In this document: one piece after another, positions 47,015 to 56,542 of the stretch
Layout: every line of letters starts with the position of its first letter
Numbering within the stretch: the stretch's first letter is position 1
Source of the DNA: Bacteroidia bacterium
Lineage (GTDB): Bacteria > Bacteroidota > Bacteroidia > M30B66
DNA length: 64,000 nt
Direction of reading: 5' to 3'
Assembly: GCA_965279035.1 (NCBI GenBank)
Contig: OZ257142.1
Coordinates: 2,592,001-2,656,000 of the forward strand
Notes under the pieces: generated by a model
Databases searched by the model: none
The model's input: only the letters and a program-made list of their open reading frames with translations
Told to the model about the DNA's origin: nothing
Program-made: the position numbers and the translations under genes

Positions 47015-48106
47015 TCAGTCGTTTAATGCATCGTAAATCATGAGCCCGTTTTTCGAGATCACCTTTTCGCCTTCTTTAATTCCAGTAGTCACCCAAGTGA
47101 TATCACCCAATTGACGATAAACTTCGACCTGTCGCGTTTCCACATTATTTCGGTCTTTAAAAACCATTATCCAATTGCGGCTTTTGTCAAAAATGACCGA
47201 AGATGAAGGAACCGCCAACAACTTTTTATTTTCAGAATAAGATACATTCACCGTAGCGCTCATATCCGGTTTTAACAAATAGGTTGGATTGGCAATTTTC
47301 ACCATCACTTTCATGGCTTTGGTAGATGGATCAATCGCATTAAAAATCCGATCTACTTTTCCATGAAATACAGTATCAGGATAGCTTATTGTACTAATAT
47401 CCGCTTCATAGCCAGGTTGAATCAGCGAGATATCCGATTCGTTCACGTTCGCTAATGCCCATACTTCATCAATACGTGCAATAGAAAATATCACATCCGA
47501 TTTATCACTTCGAAATTGTTCGTTGGGTGTGATGTTTTTGGAAACTACAAATCCACTGATAGGTGCGGTAATATTGTAAACAGAACCTTGCTTGATATTA
47601 TAAATAGCAAAGACTTCATTGATACGATTCAATTCTGCTTGGGCTTTTTCTAATTCTTTTTGTGCCGATTTAACATCGCGTTCTGAATTCAATTTTCCTT
47701 CGAATAATTCGCGTGCTACCTGAAGATTTTTTTCAGCTAAAGCAGCATCAGCTCGCGCATCCAATCGTTGACGCTCAAAATCGGCAATTTCAGAACTACG
47801 CACTACAGCTAAAACTTGTCCTTGCTCAACATAATCGCCCAATTCCGTATTAATCTTGATCACATTTCCTCCTACAATCGGATACACTTCGGCTAATTTG
47901 TTATTGTCGGCCGATATCTTCCCGAATAGTCGCAATACGTTTTTTACTTCTTTATAATGAGCCTCGGTAAATTCGCAACGTTGCATCATGGTATCGCTCA
48001 TAGTAAAAGCAACACGCTGCTCATCGGGCGATTTCTTGGTACACGAAATCCATGTAATTGAAATAAGGAATGCTGTTAATATCCTGATGATTGATTTCAT
48101 GATCAA
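47015..48106 (-). CDS. czcB: RND periplasmic adaptor (CzcB-like)
   Basis: LGDYVEQGQVLA, ITAPISGFV, VWALANVNESDI, LKPDM; lipobox ISC. Confidence 0.9.
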   Translation of the reverse strand: MIMKSIIRILTAFLISITWISCTKKSPDEQRVAFTMSDTMMQRCEFTEAHYKEVKNVLRLFGKISADNNKLAEVYPIVGGNVIKINTELGDYVEQGQVLAVVRSSEIADFERQRLDARADAALAEKNLQVARELFEGKLNSERDVKSAQKELEKAQAELNRINEVFAIYNIKQGSVYNITAPISGFVVSKNITPNEQFRSDKSDVIFSIARIDEVWALANVNESDISLIQPGYEADISTISYPDTVFHGKVDRIFNAIDPSTKAMKVMVKIANPTYLLKPDMSATVNVSYSENKKLLAVPSSSVIFDKSRNWIMVFKDRNNVETRQVEVYRQLGDITWVTTGIKEGEKVISKNGLMIYDALND

Positions 48107-49365
48107 TAAATAGTACTTGCTGTCGTGTAATTAATTGTTGCTGCCGAGATGGCCAACTGTGTCCGTATGCGCTCAATCTCCGCTTGAGATTCATTGTAAG
48201 CCTCAAAGAAATCGACAAACTCCAAAATGGTAATATTCTTCTTTTGAAAATTATCATTCACTCCTTGAATCACTTCTTCAAAATCTTTCGAATAAATCTT
48301 ATTCACTTTATTAAATTCCAAAATGCTGAGTTGCATCATTTTCCAAGCACTGAGCACTTCCGTTTTTACAGCCAATTTCTTCTGATCTGTTTGAAGTTTT
48401 ATACTTTCTAAACCGGCAGCTGCGGCTCGAATATTTCCTTTGTTACGATCCCAAATAGGTAAAGGAATTCCAAATCCTACATTGACTTGATTGGTAAATG
48501 CTCCTCCGCGTTGATCATAGCTTCCAATCAAATGCAAATCAGGAATCGCATTTTGTTTTTGTAATCGTAAGTTGATCGCTCCTTGATCATTTGCACACAA
48601 CGAATAAAGTAAATCAGGACGAGTACTTTCGGCCTTTTGTAGAAGCTCTTCGATGGCTAAAGTTTGATTGATTTTAGAATAATAATTTTCTTGAATTTGA
48701 GGTAGAATGACCGCCGTTGTTTGCAACAAAATTTGAAGTTGCGCCTGCTCTTGAGCCGATTGCATAGCTACCTCAGAACGGTTATTATTGAGTTTGAGAT
48801 AAACCGTTTTCAATCGTACCACATCTTTCATAGGTACATTTCCTTTCTCTGCTTGTCGGTTATAGGTCGAAATGAGCGTATCTAAAATGACCAATTGACG
48901 CTCATATTTTTTTAGCAAACTGTTTTGTTGATTCAGTCTGAAAAAGCTTCCCTGCATCTGAAAGCGAAGATTTCTCAATAAATCGGTAAATGAGAATTTC
49001 GCTAATTGAACATTGCCTTTAGCTAATTCAATTTCTGATTTACGCTTTCCTCCAATTAAAATCAATTGATCCAAAGCCATCGACTTTTGTCCAGTTGCTC
49101 CCGTATGGAAATAGCGTTTATTCTGATTGTCGATCGCATTCAGATCGAGCGTAAATTGTGGATTGGGATAGGATTTCGCTTGAATTATCAATGCTTCTTC
49201 AGCCGTAATCGAATACTGTGAAGCAAGAAGTAACAGGTTATTTTTTAGAAATAAGCTATCCGCTTGAACGATATCAAGTGAAAGTGTGTCCTGAGAAAAT
49301 GTGTGAATGGAAAACGTTGAAAGCAATAAAAAAAATGCACTCCTTAACATGGCGCAAATCTCCAA
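48103..49365 (-). CDS. czcC: TolC family outer-membrane channel (CzcC-like)
   Basis: YPNPQ, GGKRK, IPLPIWDRNKGNI; operon position. Confidence 0.88.
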   Translation of the reverse strand: MEICAMLRSAFFLLLSTFSIHTFSQDTLSLDIVQADSLFLKNNLLLLASQYSITAEEALIIQAKSYPNPQFTLDLNAIDNQNKRYFHTGATGQKSMALDQLILIGGKRKSEIELAKGNVQLAKFSFTDLLRNLRFQMQGSFFRLNQQNSLLKKYERQLVILDTLISTYNRQAEKGNVPMKDVVRLKTVYLKLNNNRSEVAMQSAQEQAQLQILLQTTAVILPQIQENYYSKINQTLAIEELLQKAESTRPDLLYSLCANDQGAINLRLQKQNAIPDLHLIGSYDQRGGAFTNQVNVGFGIPLPIWDRNKGNIRAAAAGLESIKLQTDQKKLAVKTEVLSAWKMMQLSILEFNKVNKIYSKDFEEVIQGVNDNFQKKNITILEFVDFFEAYNESQAEIERIRTQLAISAATINYTTASTIY

Positions 49366-49371
49366 TTGGAA

Positions 49372-49412
49372 TGCTTAAGAAATCCTTAAGTAATATAAAT
49401 ATGTCCTTAAGT
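49372..49412 (-). promoter_or_regulatory. CTTAAG repeats, likely OmpR-family operator of the efflux operon
   Basis: CTTAAG at 49374, 49385 and 49406 (spacing 11 and 21 nt), between the kinase gene and czcC. Confidence 0.55.
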
Positions 49413-49428
49413 TTTATTCTGAACGTGA

Positions 49429-50799
49429 TTATCTGTTTAACACGATTATAAACTGATTCAAGCCACTTTTCGAAACAGAATACTGAATTGTTCCTTTATG
49501 TAATTCTATAATTCGGGCAGTCATCACTAAGCCTAATCCAATTCCTGCTTTTTTACGACTATTACTTCCTCTAAAGAAATGGCCAAATAACTTGGTTTGA
49601 TCATCCTGTGTTAAAACTTCTCCATTATTCTGAATACGCAATTCAACCGATTTAGTATTCATTTCCAAATAAACCATTACGTGTTTATCTTCAGAATAAT
49701 TAACGGCATTTTTCAAGATATTACTTAATGCAATTTTTAGCATGCGTTCGCTTCCGGGAATTGTTAACTCACCCGAGTCGTGAACATTTTCATCCAATTC
49801 AAAATCAATCCTCACTTCAGGATCAAGCAATTGAATTTCATCAGTGCATTCAAAAATCACATCCATTAGCCGAACTTCCCCTTCAAAGACACGTTCTGGA
49901 ATGGATTCATATTTTGAAATTTCAAGTAAGGTGTTAATCACTCCTGCCATCTGCATCAATCCATTCCGTTGAAATTCCATGCTCTCGCGAAGCAGTTCAA
50001 CCGTTTTCTGATTTAATCCGCGCTCAACATTCGACATCAAAACAGCTATGGGCGTTTTTAATTCATGCGATATATGATGAATCAGATTTTTTTGAAACTG
50101 AAACGATTCATCAACACGGTCAAGCATCTCATTAAAACCAATGGCTAATGAAGTTATTTCATCGTGTGTTGGCGGCACTTCAACTTTTCTGAAATTGTTG
50201 GCAGTAATTTGTTCAACATCGCCCGTTAATTTCAAAATAGGGCGAGTTAATTGTTTGGTGATATAAAAAATCAATCCCGAAACTAAAATAATTGAAGCAA
50301 AAAAGATGAAGACTAATATCCAAAAAAGAAATTCCAATTTGTCTTTTCCGTAACGATCATACGCTTTCCCAATAGCAAAATATTCTTTTCCCTTTTCATG
50401 AATTACATGTGCATACACATCAAATTCCCCCTCTGTATACGTGATTTCATCTTCTCCTTGTTGTAAGCGTTCAACAACTTCTTCGGGAAACAACACTTTG
50501 GTGTCATCAACGCTACTATATATTAAAGTTCCCGTTGAATCAAAAAGCAGAATCTTTTCTTCATATAAACTATTGATAATATTACTATCAAAAACCCTCA
50601 ATAAATCCTGATCAATTTCTTCAACCTCAAACAGCAACTTAAATGTAGTTGATGTTTTATCTTTCAATCTCTCTAAAAATTCTTGCTGCCGGTATTGCGC
50701 CGATAAAGAATAAACACCAAATAATGCAAGCCCAAGGACAATCAAAAAAGTTGTCGAAAACAAGAGTATAATGCGTTGCCTAAGCTTCATCTTCAGCAC
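49429..50799 (-). CDS. HAMP sensor histidine kinase
   Basis: Two TM helices, HAMP (DEITSLAIGFNEML), SHELKTP, NILKNAVNYS, GIGLGL. Confidence 0.93.
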   Translation of the reverse strand: MLKMKLRQRIILLFSTTFLIVLGLALFGVYSLSAQYRQQEFLERLKDKTSTTFKLLFEVEEIDQDLLRVFDSNIINSLYEEKILLFDSTGTLIYSSVDDTKVLFPEEVVERLQQGEDEITYTEGEFDVYAHVIHEKGKEYFAIGKAYDRYGKDKLEFLFWILVFIFFASIILVSGLIFYITKQLTRPILKLTGDVEQITANNFRKVEVPPTHDEITSLAIGFNEMLDRVDESFQFQKNLIHHISHELKTPIAVLMSNVERGLNQKTVELLRESMEFQRNGLMQMAGVINTLLEISKYESIPERVFEGEVRLMDVIFECTDEIQLLDPEVRIDFELDENVHDSGELTIPGSERMLKIALSNILKNAVNYSEDKHVMVYLEMNTKSVELRIQNNGEVLTQDDQTKLFGHFFRGSNSRKKAGIGLGLVMTARIIELHKGTIQYSVSKSGLNQFIIVLNR

Positions 50800-51469
50800 T
50801 TAAACTATAGCCGAAACCAGTTCGTGTATGCAACAATTTCACTGGATAATCGCGATCAATTTTGTTTCTCAACGAATTGATAAATACCTCAACCGTATTC
50901 GTATTAACGTCGACCGATGTTCCCCAAACCGATTTCATCAAATCCTTTTTCGAAACAGGATTACCATCAGCCATTGCTAATGCATACAATAAGGCATATT
51001 CGCGTGCTGTTAATTTGATAGTCGTATTATTTCGACTAACGATTTTCTTGCGAGGAAAAATCAATAAAGTATCAATCGCAATTTGCTCTGGTTCAGATTC
51101 TGAAATGAATTGACGCTTGATTAATACCCGAATTCGCACCAACAATTCCTTCATATAAAAGGGCTTGCTCAAATAATCATCAGCACCGCTATCAAACCCT
51201 GTTACTTTATCTTCTACTTCCCCAAAAGCCGTCAACATTAAAATAGGTGTTTGAATATTACGAGATCGAATCCGTTTACATAACTCATATCCATTCAAAC
51301 CAGGCATATTCACATCGAGCAAAATCAAATCATACGTTTCACGAATAATCATTTTTTCAGCTATCGAACCATCATACACTTGCTCTGTATAATAGCCTTC
51401 ATCATGAAGCTGGGCTTTCAGGTCGGACGATAAATTCGCATCATCTTCAACAATCAGAATACGATACAT
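50780..51469 (-). CDS. OmpR-family response regulator
   Basis: ILIVEDD, LDVNMP, GADDYLSKPF, LTAREY, NTVEVFINSLRNKID, TRTGFGY. Confidence 0.95.
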   Translation of the reverse strand: MYRILIVEDDANLSSDLKAQLHDEGYYTEQVYDGSIAEKMIIRETYDLILLDVNMPGLNGYELCKRIRSRNIQTPILMLTAFGEVEDKVTGFDSGADDYLSKPFYMKELLVRIRVLIKRQFISESEPEQIAIDTLLIFPRKKIVSRNNTTIKLTAREYALLYALAMADGNPVSKKDLMKSVWGTSVDVNTNTVEVFINSLRNKIDRDYPVKLLHTRTGFGYSLSAEDEA

Positions 51470-51499
51470 TGTATTTTAATAAATTCTTGAAAGCAAATA

Positions 51500-52684
51500 T
51501 CAACTAAAAGGCAGTTCAATAGAAAGCTCCTTGGCAATTTGCTGAATTAAATCAATCCGATATTGGTAAGGCAATTCGCTCAACTTCATCGTTCCACTCA
51601 CCAATTCAGTCATTGTTTTTTCATTCAAAAAATAAGAAGCTGCAAATTCACCATAACGTTCTATCAAAACATTTAAAATCAAACGGTAACTCGAATCAAC
51701 CACTCCAGCAATGCGCTCACGTTCTTTCGCCTGTTGCTCGCGCTGTTCAGGAGATAAATGATTTCCCGGATTGCGTTTCAACAAACCTTTTTCTGTTGCT
51801 ACTGTTTGCGCTTTGTCAATTATCTCTTGCAACTGTCGTTTAAAATCGAGCGTTTTCACCCGAGGATTTAAGCCTTTTTGATTCATCCAATTGGACAATA
51901 TCTCCGGCTTAAATACCACATCCATCGCTATCTCCTTTGGAATAACTTGATAACCTGGCTTATTCATCTCCTGCGCATACTGATCGCGCAAACCCAAAAC
52001 AGCATTGTACACATGCAACTGAAATGGTGGCAACTTCTTCGAATCTTCTTTATTCGCAAAATGACCAGCTGGCTTCTCATCTACTCGATACGCATCCCAA
52101 GCAGCGTTTTCTTCTTTCAACCAAGCACTTAGCCCTTTTTGCATGGCTTGCATCTGCAATTCATCCTTCAATTCAATCAAATGCGCCACATCACTTGCCG
52201 CATATTTTAATTGTGCATCACTCAACGGACTTCGTGTCCAATTCGACTTCTGCTGCGATTTATCCAACTGAACTCCAAGGATGTCTTTCAATAAATTCGA
52301 TAAAGAAAATGCTCCATAATTCAAGATGCGCGCACTGCGTTCTGTATCAAATAGGTTCTTGGGAAAACAGTCCATTTTATGCAACAACTGCAAATCTTCT
52401 CCGGGCGAATGCAACACTTTCAATATCGTTTCATCTTCCAATAAATCGAAAATCGGCCCGAAATCAAGTCCAACAAATGGATCAAACAAATAACAAATGC
52501 CCTTACCATAAATCTGAATTAAGCAAAGTGTAAATCCATACGCATACCGGTCGCGATCAAATTCCAAATCAATCGCAATCTCTTTACAGCTTCCTAGAAC
52601 AACGGCAGCTTGCAACATCGTTGACTGATTTTGAATATACTGGTAACTTGAAAATTGCTCCACGCTTTGGCTTTGAACGCGCAA
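51500..52684 (-). CDS. rnd: Ribonuclease D-like 3'-5' exonuclease with HRDC domain
   Basis: AIDLEFD, CLIQI, KVLHSPGEDL, LFDT, LDKSQQKSNWTRSPLSDAQLKYAASDV. Confidence 0.85.
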   Translation of the reverse strand: MRVQSQSVEQFSSYQYIQNQSTMLQAAVVLGSCKEIAIDLEFDRDRYAYGFTLCLIQIYGKGICYLFDPFVGLDFGPIFDLLEDETILKVLHSPGEDLQLLHKMDCFPKNLFDTERSARILNYGAFSLSNLLKDILGVQLDKSQQKSNWTRSPLSDAQLKYAASDVAHLIELKDELQMQAMQKGLSAWLKEENAAWDAYRVDEKPAGHFANKEDSKKLPPFQLHVYNAVLGLRDQYAQEMNKPGYQVIPKEIAMDVVFKPEILSNWMNQKGLNPRVKTLDFKRQLQEIIDKAQTVATEKGLLKRNPGNHLSPEQREQQAKERERIAGVVDSSYRLILNVLIERYGEFAASYFLNEKTMTELVSGTMKLSELPYQYRIDLIQQIAKELSIELPFS

Positions 52685-52733
52685 TATACCCGTATTTCAA
52701 ATTCAGCGATGTTTCTCCAATTTTCTTTCTCTT

Positions 52734-52855
52734 TTTGGGTGGTGCCCAGGCTATCGCTGCCAGGCAGGACAAGGCATTCATCTACCTCAATCCATTTTTC
52801 AACAGCATCGTTTATAAATATTTCTTACCTGCCTGTACACTCTATCCTTACCACT
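52734..52855. ncRNA. Structured intergenic element, Flavo-1-like (copy B)
   Basis: GGGTGGTGCCCAGGCTATCGCTGCCAGGCAGG...CCTGCCTGTACACTCTATCCTTACCAC. Homologous to copy A, with compensatory changes. Confidence 0.6.
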
Positions 52856-52941
52856 TCCTGCTCATTTTCTAATTGTATGCTAGCAACAATCTATTTAGGA
52901 ACTATTCAAAATTGATATGCTCATACAAGATTCTTCCTGCT

Positions 52942-52949
52942 TACCTTTG
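52942..52949 (+). promoter_or_regulatory. -7 box TACCTTTG for mutL
   Basis: TAnnTTTG match 11 nt upstream of the mutL ATG. Confidence 0.6.
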
Positions 52950-52960
52950 CCGCCCTTGTT

Positions 52961-54784
52961 ATGGCCGATATTATCCAGCTTCTTCCCGAACACGTTGCTA
53001 ACCAGATTGCTGCTGGAGAAGTAATTCAACGCCCAGCCAGTGCCGTTAAGGAACTCATGGAAAACGCCGTTGATTCGGGAGCTAAAAACATCCAACTCAT
53101 TGTCAAAGATGGCGGTCGTACACTCATTCAAGTAATCGACAACGGCTGCGGCATGTCCGAAATCGATGCCCGAATGGCTTTCGCACGACATGCTACTTCT
53201 AAAATTCGACAAGCTGACGATCTTTGGGCTATTCGCACTATGGGTTTTCGTGGTGAAGCAATGGCTTCAATTGCTGCTGTTGCTCAAGTGGAAATGCGCA
53301 CCCGACTTACTGGTGAAGAATTAGGAACACTCCTCGAAATTGAAGGTTCTGAAGTTAAACGCCAAGAAGCCATTGCCTGTCCCGAAGGAACTTCCATTTC
53401 CATCAAGAATCTCTTTTTCAACGTTCCTGCTCGACGTAATTTCCTCAAAAGCAATCCGGTCGAAACCAAACACATCTTGGATGAATTCCAACGTGTGGCA
53501 CTCGCATTTCCCGATATCGCTTTTTCACTCATCAATAACAAACAAGAAGTGTATCGACTCATGCCCGGTACATTCAAACAACGGATTGTAGGATTATTTG
53601 GACAAACTTGGAATGAACGTCTCATTGCAGTGAAAGAAGAAACAACAGTTGTCACCATAACTGGTTTTGTTGGAAAGCCCGATGCTGCTCGCAAAACTAG
53701 AGGAGAGCAATTCTTCTTCATCAACAATCGCTTCATCAAAAATTCCTACCTCAACCACGCGGTTCAAGGTGCTTTTCAAGGCCTCATTCCTGGAGATAGT
53801 TTTCCGGTGTATTTCCTTCGCTTCGAAGTCGATCCCAAAACCATCGACATCAACATTCACCCAACCAAAACCGAAATCAAATTCGAGGACGATCGATCTG
53901 TTTATGCCATTTTACGTTCGGCTGTTCGTAAATCGATTGGAGCATTTTCACTTTCTCCCACACTCGATTTCGAAACGGAGCAAGCTTTTGAAATTCCGCT
54001 TCCACACAACCGCGAAATCAAAGCACCTGAAATTCAAGTCAATCCCGATTATAATCCATTCAGCAATCCACGTCCAGCTCCGGTAGAAAAACACGATCAA
54101 CTTCGTAAACTAAGCCAAGCTCGTTGGGAAGAGCTGGCTGGACCACCAACCGAACTCATCTTTCCACAAAACCAAAAGCCAAGTAAGCCAAGTAAACCAA
54201 CCGAAACACCCGAAAAAACTCAGCCTTGGCAACTACATGGAAAATATGTGTGCACCCAAGTGCGCAGTGGCCTCATGTTAATCGATCAAGCAGGTGCTTT
54301 CGAACGCATTCACTTTGAACGTCTGCTCAAACAAAAAGCAGAAAGTGGACATCATGGTGTATCTCAGCAATTGTTATTTCCTGTAGTAAAGGAATTTTCC
54401 GCTCCCGATTTTGAACTTATCCGCGCTTTAGAACCCGAACTTCAAGCACTCGGTTTCGACTTCGAAAATTTTGGTAAAACAGCAATCGCGGTCAATGGAG
54501 TTCCTCCCGAAGTTCAAGACCTCGATATTAAAAACCTATTCGATTCTTTGTTGGAACAATTCAAACGGAGCCAACAAGATTTAAAACTCAACCGTGCCGA
54601 ACAATTAGCTAAAACATTGGCATCCAATGCTGCACGTTCAGCTTCGGGCAACATCAGTCCCGAAAAAATGTCGGTCTTAATTGATCAACTTTTTGCCTGC
54701 GAAACACCAGCATTTACTCCGAATGGTAAATCAATCATTACCATTATTCCACTCGATGAACTAGATGCACGTTTCACACGTTGA
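52961..54784 (+). CDS. mutL: DNA mismatch repair protein MutL
   Basis: NQIAAGEVIQRPASAVKELMENAVD, DNGCGM, RHATSKI, MGFRGEAMASI, DINIHPTKTEIKF. Confidence 0.97.
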   Translation: MADIIQLLPEHVANQIAAGEVIQRPASAVKELMENAVDSGAKNIQLIVKDGGRTLIQVIDNGCGMSEIDARMAFARHATSKIRQADDLWAIRTMGFRGEAMASIAAVAQVEMRTRLTGEELGTLLEIEGSEVKRQEAIACPEGTSISIKNLFFNVPARRNFLKSNPVETKHILDEFQRVALAFPDIAFSLINNKQEVYRLMPGTFKQRIVGLFGQTWNERLIAVKEETTVVTITGFVGKPDAARKTRGEQFFFINNRFIKNSYLNHAVQGAFQGLIPGDSFPVYFLRFEVDPKTIDINIHPTKTEIKFEDDRSVYAILRSAVRKSIGAFSLSPTLDFETEQAFEIPLPHNREIKAPEIQVNPDYNPFSNPRPAPVEKHDQLRKLSQARWEELAGPPTELIFPQNQKPSKPSKPTETPEKTQPWQLHGKYVCTQVRSGLMLIDQAGAFERIHFERLLKQKAESGHHGVSQQLLFPVVKEFSAPDFELIRALEPELQALGFDFENFGKTAIAVNGVPPEVQDLDIKNLFDSLLEQFKRSQQDLKLNRAEQLAKTLASNAARSASGNISPEKMSVLIDQLFACETPAFTPNGKSIITIIPLDELDARFTR

Positions 54785-54832
54785 ACACGTTCTATTTCCT
54801 CGATTGATCATGCATTTTTTTAATTTAGCCCC

Positions 54833-55669
54833 ATGAATTCTGGTTCTTCTTTTTCTGTTACCCCTATTGTTCGTGCAATTATAATTCTGTGTGTAGCGCT
54901 CTGGCTATTAACTATTGGAGGTTCAGAGATGGGTATTAACCTAACCAATTACCTCGGTCTCTTCAATTTCAATTCTTCTAATTTTCGTCCTTGGCAGTTG
55001 CTTACTCATCTGTTCATGCACGATACCAAAGAACCCTTCCACTTATTCTTTAACATGTTTGGTTTGTGGATGTTTGGTTCAAGTCTCGAGCGTTTTTGGG
55101 GATCTAAAAAGTTTCTCATCTATTTTCTCATCACTGGAATTGGAGCCGGTGTAGTTCAAACTACAGTCACTAGTTTTCAATTAGAACCGATGCAAAATGC
55201 AGCAAGTGCTTATGCAACGTATCCTAATTACGATTCTTTTCAAAAATTCACTTCCAACTATTTACCGGGTTCATACGACAATGAAGAACTCAACGAATTC
55301 TTAAAAGCTTGGTATTACGACCCGAACAATCCGGGCTATATTTCAGAATCGAAACAGCTTGTAAGTGAAGTGTGCCAAATGCGTCAAAACACCGTGAATG
55401 TTGGTGCATCAGGTTCATTGTATGGTTTATTACTTGCCTTTGGGATGATTTTCCCTAATGTGATGATCATGATGTTGATTCCACCCATTCCAATGAAAGC
55501 CAAGTATTTTGTAATGGTGTTTGGTGCCATCGAACTATTCTCTGGACTACGAAATAATGTGGACGATAACGTAGCTCACTTTGCCCATTTAGGTGGAATG
55601 CTCTTCGGAATCATACTTATTTTACTCTGGAAAAAACAAGATCGAAACCGTAACGTTTTCGAACAATGA
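54833..55669 (+). CDS. Rhomboid intramembrane serine protease
   Basis: PWQLLTHLFMH, HLFFNM, VGASG, AHFAHLGG. Confidence 0.93.
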   Translation: MNSGSSFSVTPIVRAIIILCVALWLLTIGGSEMGINLTNYLGLFNFNSSNFRPWQLLTHLFMHDTKEPFHLFFNMFGLWMFGSSLERFWGSKKFLIYFLITGIGAGVVQTTVTSFQLEPMQNAASAYATYPNYDSFQKFTSNYLPGSYDNEELNEFLKAWYYDPNNPGYISESKQLVSEVCQMRQNTVNVGASGSLYGLLLAFGMIFPNVMIMMLIPPIPMKAKYFVMVFGAIELFSGLRNNVDDNVAHFAHLGGMLFGIILILLWKKQDRNRNVFEQ

Positions 55670-56541
55670 GTCAAGCGCGTGTTTTATGGGCAACCTCAGG
55701 TGCAGGTGTCCGATTGATTATCATCAATGTTTTGGTTTTTGTGCTGGTGTTTGTGCCCATCTCGGTGCTTCACCTACTCAAAATGGATGCAGTTGGCGGG
55801 CTCATCATGGAACAGCTCGAGCTTCCGGGTAATTTAATGCGTTTGCTTTTCAAACCTTGGACAATCATAACTCATCTCTTTGTTCATCGTGGATTGATGC
55901 ATATTTTATTCAATATGCTCACCCTGTTTTTTACCTATCAGCTATTCTCAAGGTATTTTGAAGATCGACGTTTTATCAATGTCTATTTCGTAAGTGGATT
56001 TGCTGGTGCGCTTACGTTTTTATTATCAGTCAATCTATTTCCACTTTTCACTGGAATCGAGCATTACTATTCTGCTGTTGGTGCTTCAGCTGCTGTGATG
56101 GGCACTCTGATTGCCATTTGTACCTATCGCCCCGACGATGAAGTATTTCTCTTTGGCGCATTTAAAATGAAATTGCGTTGGCTTGCCTTAATCTTTGTCC
56201 TTCTCGATTTAATTTCCATTAGCAGCGGCAACGAAGGTGGACATCTGGCTCATTTAGGTGGTGCCCTTTTCGGATTTATTTGGGCGATGAATTTGAAAAA
56301 TGGAAACGATATCGCAGCATTCTTCAATCATGTTCAAGATTTCTTTCAATTCAATAAACCCAAGAAATCGAAATTAAAAGTGACTCACAAACGTCCAATG
56401 AAAGACGAAGATTGGAATATCAATAACAAAGCAAAACAAAAACGTATCGACGATATATTAGATAAGATTTCCCGTTCGGGCTACGACAGTCTGAGCAAAG
56501 AAGAAAAAGCCCTACTTTTCGAACTTAGCAAGGACAAGTAA
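55666..56541 (+). CDS. Rhomboid protease with C-terminal DUF6576-like tail
   Basis: HILFNM, VGASAA, GGHLAHLGG, IDDILDKISRSGYDSLSKEEK. Confidence 0.92.
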   Translation: MSQARVLWATSGAGVRLIIINVLVFVLVFVPISVLHLLKMDAVGGLIMEQLELPGNLMRLLFKPWTIITHLFVHRGLMHILFNMLTLFFTYQLFSRYFEDRRFINVYFVSGFAGALTFLLSVNLFPLFTGIEHYYSAVGASAAVMGTLIAICTYRPDDEVFLFGAFKMKLRWLALIFVLLDLISISSGNEGGHLAHLGGALFGFIWAMNLKNGNDIAAFFNHVQDFFQFNKPKKSKLKVTHKRPMKDEDWNINNKAKQKRIDDILDKISRSGYDSLSKEEKALLFELSKDK

Positions 56542-56542
56542 T

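Noticed and set aside
43919-51469. Metal-resistance genomic island or transposon
   Set aside because: No integrase, transposase, tRNA target or flanking direct repeats found; it looks like a resident operon.
52584-53212. Small ORFs across the rnd/mutL spacer (52584, 52621, 52655, 52895)
   Set aside because: They overlap rnd or mutL and the structured element; no coding signal.
54170-54205. CCAAGTAAG micro-repeat in mutL (KPSKPSKP) as a phase-variation tract
   Set aside because: In-frame 9-nt duplication in the variable linker, only about two copies; it cannot switch the frame.
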